A DNA stretch of 56,474 nucleotides, from assembly GCA_030725785.1 (NCBI GenBank), contig JANRFB010000090.1, positions 1 through 56,474 of the forward strand. Reading direction: 5' to 3'. Source of the DNA: Solirubrobacteraceae bacterium (GTDB lineage Bacteria; Actinomycetota; Thermoleophilia; Solirubrobacterales; Solirubrobacteraceae). Each line of letters starts with the position of its first letter. The first letter of the stretch is position 1. The notes beneath the pieces were generated by a model. The model had not been told where the DNA came from and did no database searches. It was given only the letters and a program-made list of their open reading frames with translations. The position numbers were made by a program, and so were the translations under genes. Shown piece by piece: positions 44,511-52,445 of the stretch.

Positions 44511-44735
44511 ATGCCAACTGCCGCAGAAGTAAAAGAGCGAATCGAGACTGGGATTCCCGGCTCCAAGGCCGAGGTGGCCAGCGATGACAACGTTCACTTC
44601 AACGCCCGTGTTGTGGCCAGCGAGTTTGCTGGCCTAAGCCTCGTAGAACAACATCGCCTTGTTTACGCGATCTTTGGCGAAGGCGAGCTCGGTGGCAGCA
44701 TTCATGCCCTAGCCTTAACGACGGAGCCTCAATGA
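44511..44735 (+). CDS. bolA: BolA-family protein
   Basis: The 74-aa protein MPTAAEVKERIE...HFNARVVASEFAGLSLVEQHRLVY...IHALAL is the typical BolA fold signature. Confidence 0.8.
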   Translation: MPTAAEVKERIETGIPGSKAEVASDDNVHFNARVVASEFAGLSLVEQHRLVYAIFGEGELGGSIHALALTTEPQ

Positions 44736-45139
44736 CCGACCAGCCTGAAAACCCACTTCGCGACGCACTTCAAGATGCAATCACTTCCAACGAAGTGATC
44801 CTCTTCATGAAGGGAACTCCAGAACAGCCGATGTGCGGTTTCTCAGCACGTACCTGTGCCGCGCTGGCCGCCACCGAAACCGAGTTCGCTGCAGTTGACG
44901 TGCTGGCCGACCCGCGGATCCGCCAGGAGCTCTCTTCACTCTCAAACTGGCCAACGATTCCTCAGCTTTTCGTCCGCGGCGAGCTTGTCGGCGGCGCCGA
45001 CATCGTCGGCCAGATGTATGAAAGTGGCGAGTTGGCGGCAGTTCTTGGCGCGCCTGCCACGGCTGGCGGCGAGCCGCTGCCGGAGACGGCCGAGCCCGGC
45101 GCCGCGCCGCCGCTTCAGATTGAAAACCGTCTCGGCTAG
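44732..45139 (+). CDS. grxD: Monothiol (CGFS) glutaredoxin, Grx4 family
   Basis: VILFMKGTPEQPMCGFS and WPTIPQLFVRGELVGGADI. It has an ATGA overlap with bolA. Confidence 0.9.
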   Translation: MTDQPENPLRDALQDAITSNEVILFMKGTPEQPMCGFSARTCAALAATETEFAAVDVLADPRIRQELSSLSNWPTIPQLFVRGELVGGADIVGQMYESGELAAVLGAPATAGGEPLPETAEPGAAPPLQIENRLG

Positions 45140-45145
45140 CCCACG

Positions 45146-46612
45146 TTGACCTCAACAGCAGTTGCCGATGACGCCGGCAACCCTCATCACGCCCGCCGCT
45201 GGTACGTCCTCGCAGTAGTAGGTGTAGCTCAGCTGATGGTCGTGCTCGACGCGACGATCGTCAACATTGCGCTGCCCTCAGCACAGGCCGACCTTGGCTT
45301 CTCGAATGACTTGCGCCAGTGGGTCATCACGGCTTACGCGCTGGCCTTTGGTGGGCTGCTGCTGCTCGGTGGCAGACTCTCCGACCTGTTCGGCCGCAAG
45401 TGGACCTTTATCGCTGGACTGATCGGCTTCTCGGTTGCGTCTGCGATCGGTGGCAGCGCGCAGAGCTTCGAAGTGCTCGTTTTGGCTCGTGCGCTGCAGG
45501 GTGCTTTCGGCGCAATCCTCGCCCCCGCTGCGCTCTCAATCCTTACGACAACGTTCACCGACCCTGAAGAGCGCGGCAAAGCGTTCGCGATCTTCGGCGC
45601 GATCAGCGGCGGTGGCGCCGCCGTGGGACTGCTGCTCGGTGGCGCACTGACCGAATACCTCTCCTGGCGCTGGTGCCTCTACGTCAACCTCTTCTTTGCC
45701 ATTCCAGCGGCGATCATCGCGCTGGGGCTGATCAAGAACGTCGCATCGGCAGCGGAAGCCAACCTAGACATCCCTGGAACGATTCTTGGCTGCGGCGGAC
45801 TACTGCTCGTCGTCTTTGGCTTCTCGAAGGCTGAAAGTGCCGGCTGGGGAGCGCCCGTGACGCTAGCGCTGCTCGGCGGAGCCGCCGTCATGCTCGTCCT
45901 GTTCTATCTCTGGCTGCGCCGCGCCGCCCACCCCTTGCTGCCGCTGCGCATCGTCGAGGATCGTAACCGCGGCGGCTCCTTCCTGACGATCCTGATCGCT
46001 GGCCTTGGAATCTTCGGCGTCTTCCTCTTCCTCACCTACTTCATGCAGCAAAACCTCAGCTTCAGCCCGATCCAATCCGGCCTCGCCTTCCTGCCGATGG
46101 TCGTCTGCATAGTTGCTGCCTCGCTCACCGCTCAAACCAAGATTCTCCCGCGCACCGGGCCGCGGCCGCTCGTCGTCAGCGGCATGATCCTCGCCGCACT
46201 GGGCATGACCTACCTCGCCCAGCTCAACCCCAGCTCTACCTACCTGCCCAGCGTCCTGCCCGCGCTGTTGCTGCTCGGCACTGGCTTCGGCAGTATCTTC
46301 GCGACCGCTATCAACACCGCCACGCTCGGCGTCATTCCCGAGGACGCTGGCGTCGCCTCGGCGCTCGTCAACACCAGCCAACAGGTCGGCGGCGCCGCCG
46401 GCACCGCGCTGCTCAGCTCTTTGGCCGCTACCGCCACCGCCAGCTTCCTCGTCGGCGAGGCCACCACTCCGACGCTCACCGCTGAGGCTGCGATCCACGG
46501 CTACACCGTCGCCTTCTGGGCCTCGGCTGCGATCTTCGTCAGCGGCGCCATCTGCGGGCGCGTTCTGCTGCGGGGCGGCCCCAACCTCACGCTCGCTGAC
46601 AGCGCTACGTAG
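45146..46612 (+). CDS. MFS transporter, 14-TM DHA2 (EmrB/QacA) type
   Basis: LMVVLDATIVNIALPS and LGGRLSDLFGRKW. Putative TTG start. Confidence 0.9.
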   Translation: MTSTAVADDAGNPHHARRWYVLAVVGVAQLMVVLDATIVNIALPSAQADLGFSNDLRQWVITAYALAFGGLLLLGGRLSDLFGRKWTFIAGLIGFSVASAIGGSAQSFEVLVLARALQGAFGAILAPAALSILTTTFTDPEERGKAFAIFGAISGGGAAVGLLLGGALTEYLSWRWCLYVNLFFAIPAAIIALGLIKNVASAAEANLDIPGTILGCGGLLLVVFGFSKAESAGWGAPVTLALLGGAAVMLVLFYLWLRRAAHPLLPLRIVEDRNRGGSFLTILIAGLGIFGVFLFLTYFMQQNLSFSPIQSGLAFLPMVVCIVAASLTAQTKILPRTGPRPLVVSGMILAALGMTYLAQLNPSSTYLPSVLPALLLLGTGFGSIFATAINTATLGVIPEDAGVASALVNTSQQVGGAAGTALLSSLAATATASFLVGEATTPTLTAEAAIHGYTVAFWASAAIFVSGAICGRVLLRGGPNLTLADSAT

Positions 46613-46837
46613 GTGCTGAAGGATCCTGCGTGAATCGCAGATCGCTTCCCCTTCCTCGGTCACAAGCAACGGCACGACGTTCTGGCCGCTGAGAGCCTCA
46701 ACCTCACTGCGCTGACTTTTTCGCCACGGCACGCGCAGCTGCTCATTCTCGATCCCGAGCGCTTCAAGCTGGCGCGCGACGCGGCCGCAGGCACAGAGGT
46801 AGTTGGTTGGCGCCGGGCAGCGGTAGAGCGTGACCAC
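46613..46837 (-). CDS. Glutaredoxin/GST-N-like small thioredoxin-fold protein; 3' end unresolved (possible frameshift or pseudogene)
   Basis: GTG start. MVTLYRCPAPTNYLCACGRVARQLEALGIENEQLRVPW...VVPLLVTEEGEAICDSRRILQHL looks like a complete domain of about 75 aa. The frame has no stop until 45863, deep inside the MFS gene on the opposite strand. Confidence 0.5.
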
Positions 46838-46874
46838 AGCCCGAGGGTAACGCGGGTTGTAATAGGGTCACTCC

Positions 46875-47738
46875 GTGCCTGTTGCCGTCGTAACCGACTC
46901 AACCCATTACCTGCCGCGCGAGATCATCGCGGACTATGGCATTCATCAAGTCAGCCTCTACGTCAACGACGGCGGAGAGCTGACCCGTGAGGCAGAGATG
47001 CCGAACTTTCATGCCTTCTACGAGGATCTGCGCGCGCGCAGCGACCTGCCGACTACTTCGCAGCCGTCACCCGGTGATTTCATCGCCGTCTACGAACCGC
47101 TCATTGAAGCGGGCTACGACATTGTTTCAATCCATCTAGGGGCGGGAATCTCGGGAACTTGCGACAGCGCCCGCCAAGCTGCCGCCGAGCTAACTGGCGA
47201 CGGCTCGCAGCGCCGAATCGAGGTTGTCGACTCGGCCAGCGCCGCAGGCGGGCTAGCGCTGATCGTCCTTGCCGCCGCCAGCGCGGCGCGCGGCGGCCGC
47301 GATGTTGAAGCGGTCAAACAGCGCACGTTGGCTGCGGTCGACGACGTGAAGATCTGGTTTTCGGTTGACACGCTCGAATACCTGCGCCGCGGCGGCCGCA
47401 TCGGAGCCGCTCAGGCCTGGCTTGGTAGCGCGCTGAGGATCAAGCCAATTCTCAGCTTTGACGAGGTGATCACGCCGGTCGAGCGCGTCCGCACCAACCG
47501 TCGTGCCTTTGAACGGATGGTCGAGCTGCTCGAGGAGCGCAAGGAAGCCGGAGCATCGGCGTGGGTGGTTCAGTACATCGAAGTGCCCGAACTGGCCGAG
47601 CAGATGGTTCAGCGCGGCCGCGAGATCTTCGGCACCGACCCAATCTTTTGCACAGAGATCGGCCCCGTGATCGGCACCCACGCCGGCCCGGGCGTGCTCG
47701 GTGTATCGGGAATCAATCCCGACCTGCTTGAGCCCTAG
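46875..47738 (+). CDS. DegV-family fatty-acid-binding protein
   Basis: VAVVTDSTHYLP, SQPSPGDF and DTLEYLRRGGRIG are typical DegV motifs. Confidence 0.9.
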   Translation: MPVAVVTDSTHYLPREIIADYGIHQVSLYVNDGGELTREAEMPNFHAFYEDLRARSDLPTTSQPSPGDFIAVYEPLIEAGYDIVSIHLGAGISGTCDSARQAAAELTGDGSQRRIEVVDSASAAGGLALIVLAAASAARGGRDVEAVKQRTLAAVDDVKIWFSVDTLEYLRRGGRIGAAQAWLGSALRIKPILSFDEVITPVERVRTNRRAFERMVELLEERKEAGASAWVVQYIEVPELAEQMVQRGREIFGTDPIFCTEIGPVIGTHAGPGVLGVSGINPDLLEP

Positions 47739-47742
47739 GCAG

Positions 47743-47967
47743 CTAGTAGCGGCGCTTGCGGCCGATCAGCGCGGCGATGCCGCCGCCAATCACAAAGCCG
47801 GCAACCGCTGCACCGACGAGCACCTTGGGGCGGTGCCGGTTGACCTGCGTGCGCCAGTCGGCAACGGCAACGACTTCCCCGCGAAGCTGAGTTAGCGACT
47901 GGGCGAGCTCGGTCTGGCGCTGCGCAATAGATGCTCGGAGCTGATCCTGAGTGCGTGCCGAGCTCAT
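47743..47967 (-). CDS. Small coiled-coil protein with C-terminal TM anchor (DUF3618-like, from memory)
   Basis: The 74-aa protein MSSARTQDQLRASIAQRQTELAQSL...VLVGAAVAGFVIGGGIAALIG starts at an ATG that overlaps the upstream TGA at 47967. Confidence 0.6.
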   Translation of the reverse strand: MSSARTQDQLRASIAQRQTELAQSLTQLRGEVVAVADWRTQVNRHRPKVLVGAAVAGFVIGGGIAALIGRKRRY

Positions 47968-48431
47968 CAGCGGTCCTCTTCCGGCAGCACGACAGCTTCG
48001 CGAACCTGCTCGCTCATCAGGTGCGCCTCTTCGCTGATTGTCTCTTGCGTCTGACGCGCGGCAGCGATCGCTTGGTCGGGGATCGGTGCCTTCGCCTTCT
48101 TCAGCAGCTTGGCGGCCACAATCGCGGCGATGATCGCGCAGATGATCAAGAGGAAGGCGACGAGGAAGAAGCCCCAGAAGAACGTCTGCCCCGGAAAGAG
48201 CAGGTACCAAGCCAGCCAGCTTGCACCTTGGATGATCAGCAGCAGCGCGCCGACGAGAAAGAAGCCGGAAGCAACTGCGATAACGGTGCCGCGGCCAAAG
48301 ACAGCGGCTTTCTGCTGCAGCTCAACTTTGGCCAGCTCGACCTGGTCTTGAACTAGGCCGCGCGTGTCGGCGGTGACGCGCTGGATCGCAGCCGCGAGGG
48401 CGCTCTCGTTCGGTCCGGGGGCGTTCGTCAT
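47967..48431 (-). CDS. Holin-X-type (phage holin superfamily III-like) 2-TM membrane protein
   Basis: 154 aa, with LVQDQVELAKVELQQK followed by two long hydrophobic helices. It resembles the actinobacterial Holin-X family, from memory. Confidence 0.65.
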   Translation of the reverse strand: MTNAPGPNESALAAAIQRVTADTRGLVQDQVELAKVELQQKAAVFGRGTVIAVASGFFLVGALLLIIQGASWLAWYLLFPGQTFFWGFFLVAFLLIICAIIAAIVAAKLLKKAKAPIPDQAIAAARQTQETISEEAHLMSEQVREAVVLPEEDR

Positions 48432-48434
48432 CGG

Positions 48435-48686
48435 CTACCGCCCCCGCATCCGGCCAAGGATCTGCGCAGCGACAAAGCCTCCCGCTGTGGCGAGACCAAT
48501 CAAGATTTCAGGGCGCTTCTCAAATAGTGAACGCTCGGCCGACAACGGCTCATTGGCAGGCGGCTCGTAGGCCACCGGCTCGGGCTGCTGCGCGGCCACT
48601 GGAGCCGTGTAGGCCGGGGCGGCAGCGGGCTGGCCCGGCTCGCGTGGGCCTGGAACTACCGGTGGCTGGTTTGGGTTGCTGCTCAC
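48435..48686 (-). CDS. Small Pro-rich protein with C-terminal TM anchor
   Basis: 83 aa, GTG start. A Pro/Ala-rich N-terminal half is followed by ILIGLATAGGFVAAQILG. Confidence 0.55.
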   Translation of the reverse strand: MSSNPNQPPVVPGPREPGQPAAAPAYTAPVAAQQPEPVAYEPPANEPLSAERSLFEKRPEILIGLATAGGFVAAQILGRMRGR

Positions 48687-48817
48687 GCCGGTGGATCTTC
48701 GTTGAGGAAACGCTGCCAGACGAAGGCTGCGAGGCGCAGCGCAGCGATGCTGGCGAGCGCCTCAAGTCCGGCGACGAAGCCCATCCATGCGAGCCGCTTG
48801 ATCATTTCGTTCTCCAT
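48683..48817 (-). CDS. 44-aa single-TM ORF, not in the ORF track because it is under 60 aa
   Basis: My hand translation is MENEMIKRLAWMGFVAGLEALASIAALRLAAFVWQRFLNEDPPA*. Its TGA overlaps the GTG of the next gene (GTGA at 48683-48686). It resembles the first half of DUF4235-type proteins, from memory. Confidence 0.4.
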   Translation of the reverse strand: MENEMIKRLAWMGFVAGLEALASIAALRLAAFVWQRFLNEDPPA

Positions 48818-48880
48818 CGGGGCGGACGTTAGCGCACCGCGAGCGGCAAACCGCAAGCCCCCTACCCACTCCGGAGCGCG

Positions 48881-49489
48881 CTAGCGCGGGTCGAGGCCGT
48901 CGCAGATCGTGCTGACGATGAACTCTTTTGCTTGGTCGTAGTCGCCCGCGGCTTCGGGCAGGATGTCGAAAATCCAGCCACTCAGCACTTGCTCGACCGC
49001 GCCATAGAAGGCCATCGCTGCAAAGGTGGGCGTTATATCGCTGCGTAGCTCGCCGCTCCGCTGCGCAGACTCGACGATCCCGCCGATTAGTCCATAGGCC
49101 TCACGGATCTTCTCAAGGTGGCTGCGGCCAAACGAGTTCGCGGCGCGCGTTACGTCAACAATGATCACCTTCATCAGGTCGGGGTCGTAGCGGTAGGAAT
49201 CAATGATGAAACCGGCAATTGCAGCCAGCTTCTCGCGAGCCGGCGCGGGCTCCGTATCAACGCGAGCGATCTCCTCGAGCATCAAACCCCAGCGCTCAAG
49301 GAAGAGCGTGTCGAGAATCTCGTCCTTCGAGCGGAAGTAGTGGTAGACGAGTCCGTAGGCAACCCCGGCCTCATCGGCGATGTCGGCTACGCGGCAGCCG
49401 TGGAAGCCTTCGCGCGCAAAGACCTTGACCGCTGCGTCGAGAATCACGCGCCGCTTATCGGTCGCCTGCGCCTGGCCCGAGGTCGCCAT
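48881..49489 (-). CDS. TetR/AcrR-family transcriptional regulator
   Basis: N-terminal HTH FHGCRVADIADEAGVAYGLVYHYFRSKDEIL. A TGATG junction links it to the upstream gene. Confidence 0.9.
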   Translation of the reverse strand: MATSGQAQATDKRRVILDAAVKVFAREGFHGCRVADIADEAGVAYGLVYHYFRSKDEILDTLFLERWGLMLEEIARVDTEPAPAREKLAAIAGFIIDSYRYDPDLMKVIIVDVTRAANSFGRSHLEKIREAYGLIGGIVESAQRSGELRSDITPTFAAMAFYGAVEQVLSGWIFDILPEAAGDYDQAKEFIVSTICDGLDPR

Positions 49490-50322
49490 CAGGCGAGGCC
49501 CCTCTGCACGCCCTCATAGGCGCCTGGCTGGCGTGAAGCCAGAGACGGAAGGTCGCTTCGAATCCGGCCGAGTTCGGCAAAATTTAGGTCGGCGGTAATC
49601 AACATCTCGCTCGTTGTATCGGCTTTGGCAAGCGCCGTGCCCCACGGGTCGAGGATCATTGACTCGCCGCCCGCCTCCATCCCCGGCGCAATCTCGCCGA
49701 CCTGGTTGGCGGCAACTACGAAGCATTGGTTCTCAATTGCCCGCGCGCGCAGCAAGGTCGCCCAGTGCGCTTCGGTCGTCTGTCTCGTGAAGCAAGCCGG
49801 AACGACGAGAAGCTTCGCGCCATCAACTGCCTGCAGCCGGTAGAGCTCCGGGAAGCGCAGGTCATAACAGATGCTCATCCCTACGACGCTGCCATCGGCA
49901 AGCTCGCTGCTTACAACCTTGTCGCCAGGCTCTTGGTTATCTGATTCGCGATAGCTGACGTCGCTCAGCGTCACGTCGAAGAGGTGAATCTTGCGATAGA
50001 CGGCTTTACGTTGCCCGTCCGGGCCGATGTGAACGCTGGTGTTGTGCAGCTTCTCTTCGCCTTCGATGCTCTCCGCGACCGAACCGGCAATTAGATCGAT
50101 CTGCAGTTCGGCGGCGATTGCCGATGCCCACGTGATCGCTTCACCGTCAAGGCTCTGAGCAACCGCGCTCTTCTGCTCCGCAGTCCCCCCCGCCGCCCAC
50201 CACTCGGGCAGCAGCACCAGCTCGGCGCCAGCCGCTGCCGCTTCGCGAACGACAGCATCAGCCTTCGCGATGTTGGTCGCAAGGTCGGGCGTGGCAGTCA
50301 GCTGGATCGCGGCAACTCGCAA
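49489..50322 (-). CDS. Carbon-nitrogen hydrolase (nitrilase superfamily)
   Basis: The E-K-C triad contexts are LLPEWW, YRKIHLFD and MSICYDLRFPE. I prefer the TTG at 50322 (M-RVAAIQL). Confidence 0.85.
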   Translation of the reverse strand: MRVAAIQLTATPDLATNIAKADAVVREAAAAGAELVLLPEWWAAGGTAEQKSAVAQSLDGEAITWASAIAAELQIDLIAGSVAESIEGEEKLHNTSVHIGPDGQRKAVYRKIHLFDVTLSDVSYRESDNQEPGDKVVSSELADGSVVGMSICYDLRFPELYRLQAVDGAKLLVVPACFTRQTTEAHWATLLRARAIENQCFVVAANQVGEIAPGMEAGGESMILDPWGTALAKADTTSEMLITADLNFAELGRIRSDLPSLASRQPGAYEGVQRGLA

Positions 50323-50353
50323 GGTGGCGGCAAGGATAACCCGGTCGGGTAGC

Positions 50354-51208
50354 GTGGACTTGGTGAATCTCGACCAGCTCCCAGTCCGCAGCGACGGCAG
50401 CCTGCGCCCCACCGGGCTCGCGCTGCCGCCAGCGCGGATGCCGCTGGTTCACGACCGCCGCCCGCTGAAGCGCTGGACCTACGTAGGCATCTATGGCGAA
50501 GAGCTAATGCTCTGCGCCGCCAGCGTCAGGGTCGGCGGGATTCCTCAGTGCTTTTGGGCCGTGCTCGATCGCGCCAGCGGCGAGATGATCGAACAGACGG
50601 CATTCAGCTCGCGGATCGTCGCGGTCGATGACGGGCATCTGAGCGTCAGCAGCCGCAAAGCGAAGGTCGAGCTAGCACTTCGGCCCAGCGGCGAGCCGGT
50701 TGAGGTCGTAAGCCGCCATGGCGCCTCTTATATCTGGACCCGTAAGCTGCCGGTGATCGCCAGCGGCACCGTTGTCGCTGGTGGGCGCGAGCACAGGATC
50801 GAGTGCGCCGGGCTGATCGACGCGACGGCCGGCTACCACGCGCGTGAAACCTCATGGAGCTGGTCGGCCGGAGTTGGGACCGGCGCCGACGGCAGCGCGC
50901 TGGTTTGGAACATCGTTAGCGGCGTTCACGACGCCCCCGCCAGTAGCGAGCGAACGATCTGGGTTGACGGATCCGCCAGCGAACTGCCAGCGGCCGAGTT
51001 CCCCTCCGACCTGAGCGCAGTCACGTTCCCCGGCCACGGCGAATCACTGAGCTTCAGCGCCGAGGCCGAGCGCTCCAACAGCGAGGACCTAAAGATCTTC
51101 GCCAGCGACTACCGCCAGCCGTTTGGCACCTTCACCGGCACGCTCACTGGCGGCGTCGAGCTGGCGAGCGGTTTCGGCGTGATGGAACGCCACAGCGCGC
51201 GCTGGTAG
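50354..51208 (+). CDS. DUF2804-like protein
   Basis: RPLKRWTYVGIYG...GYHARETSWSWSAG resembles DUF2804, from memory. The start is uncertain (GTG 50354, TTG 50360 or GTG 50363). Confidence 0.5.
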   Translation: MDLVNLDQLPVRSDGSLRPTGLALPPARMPLVHDRRPLKRWTYVGIYGEELMLCAASVRVGGIPQCFWAVLDRASGEMIEQTAFSSRIVAVDDGHLSVSSRKAKVELALRPSGEPVEVVSRHGASYIWTRKLPVIASGTVVAGGREHRIECAGLIDATAGYHARETSWSWSAGVGTGADGSALVWNIVSGVHDAPASSERTIWVDGSASELPAAEFPSDLSAVTFPGHGESLSFSAEAERSNSEDLKIFASDYRQPFGTFTGTLTGGVELASGFGVMERHSARW

Positions 51209-51215
51209 CGGCAGC

Positions 51216-52442
51216 TCAGCTAAGGAACGAGCCGCTGGCGTCGCTGAGGCCGCCAATTGCGCCGCTCTCTTCAAGTGCGGCGACCTGCTCAGCGTCGTAA
51301 CCGGCGGCGGCGAGCACTTCGTGCGTGTGCTCGCCAAGCGATGGGGCTGGTAGACGGTCGTTATCTACCGGCGTGCGCGAGAAGGCGAGCGGGCTGGCGA
51401 CGGTGCGGACAGGGTTGACGGCTCCTGGCTGAGTTAGGCCGGTGACCATGCCGCGCGCTTTGAAAAGCTCCGATTCGAGCGCCTCCTCGACCTCCAGCAG
51501 CGGCTCGACGCAGCAGTCGTACTTGGCCCCAAACTCGCCCCACTCTGCGCGCGTACGCTCCATGAATACCGAGGCAACTTGGTTATGGGCTTCACTTCCA
51601 GCTCGCTCGAACTGCTTTTCGATCAGCTCTTCGTGGCCGGTTCCTTCGCACCACAGCTTCCAGAACTTCGGCTCCAGCGCGCCCACCGAAACCCAGCCGT
51701 CTTTGCATTCGTAAGGGCGATAACAGACCAGTCCGCCGGCCAGCTCCCCCTCGCCGCGGCGCGGCGGCTTGCCACCGGCCAACGCCACCGCCGAAGGCAT
51801 CACCATCCACGCCAGTGATCCATCGGTCATCGAGATGTCGATCGACTGCCCTTCGCCGGAGCGGTCGCGCTCGCGGATCGCGGCGAGAATTGCGAAGGCG
51901 GCCATCAGCGAACCGGCGCCGATGTCAGCGATCTGCGCTGCCGACTGGACAGGCGGCCCGCCAACGTCGCCGGTTAGCCCAAGCAGCCCGGCTGTTGCCA
52001 AATAGTTCAAGTCATGGCCGGCGCGCTGGGCGTATGGGCCGTCCTGGCCGTAGCCGCTGATCGCGCAGTAGACGATCCCTGGGTTGACTGCCTTCAAAGC
52101 TTCGTAGCCAACCCCGAGCCGGTCGAGCACGCCAGGGCGGAATGATTCGAGGACGATGTCAGCGTCCTGCGCCAGCTTCAGCAGCAGCTCGCGACCCTCG
52201 TCGCTTTTGAGGTTGACGCGAATCGAGCGCTTGTTGCGGTTCAGCGCCAGGAAGAGGGCGCCGCTTGCCGATTTCTCAACGCCTTCATGGAACGGCGGCG
52301 ACCAGCGTGCGTAGTCGCCCATGCCGGTGTCTTCGACCTTGATTACGTCGGCGCCGCAGTCGGCTAGCAGCAGCGAGCAGAACGGGCCCGGCAGCAGCCG
52401 CGAGAGGTCAAGAACGCGGAGATCTTCGAGCGGTAGTGCCAT
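51216..52442 (-). CDS. Family III CoA-transferase (CaiB/BaiF)
   Basis: LRVLDLSRLLPGPFCS..GADVIKVE is the canonical N-terminus of this family. Confidence 0.9.
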   Translation of the reverse strand: MALPLEDLRVLDLSRLLPGPFCSLLLADCGADVIKVEDTGMGDYARWSPPFHEGVEKSASGALFLALNRNKRSIRVNLKSDEGRELLLKLAQDADIVLESFRPGVLDRLGVGYEALKAVNPGIVYCAISGYGQDGPYAQRAGHDLNYLATAGLLGLTGDVGGPPVQSAAQIADIGAGSLMAAFAILAAIRERDRSGEGQSIDISMTDGSLAWMVMPSAVALAGGKPPRRGEGELAGGLVCYRPYECKDGWVSVGALEPKFWKLWCEGTGHEELIEKQFERAGSEAHNQVASVFMERTRAEWGEFGAKYDCCVEPLLEVEEALESELFKARGMVTGLTQPGAVNPVRTVASPLAFSRTPVDNDRLPAPSLGEHTHEVLAAAGYDAEQVAALEESGAIGGLSDASGSFLS

Positions 52443-52445
52443 CGC

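Noticed and set aside
45863-46604. C-terminal 250 codons of the 324-aa minus-strand ORF as real coding sequence.
   Set aside because: The translation is low-complexity, rich in Gly/Ala/Glu/Asp/Arg, which is typical of antisense reading of a GC-rich membrane-protein gene. The MFS gene on the plus strand explains the region.
47967-48431. Holin-family gene as evidence for a prophage lysis cassette.
   Set aside because: There is no endolysin, spanin, integrase, terminase or structural gene nearby. The neighbours are small tail-anchored proteins typical of the chromosomal actinobacterial Holin-X context.
48877-48888. 12-bp palindrome CGCGCTAGCGCG spanning the TetR stop codon.
   Set aside because: It has no loop, so it is not a terminator, and it is very GC-rich. 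It is plausibly chance and has no second copy in the window.
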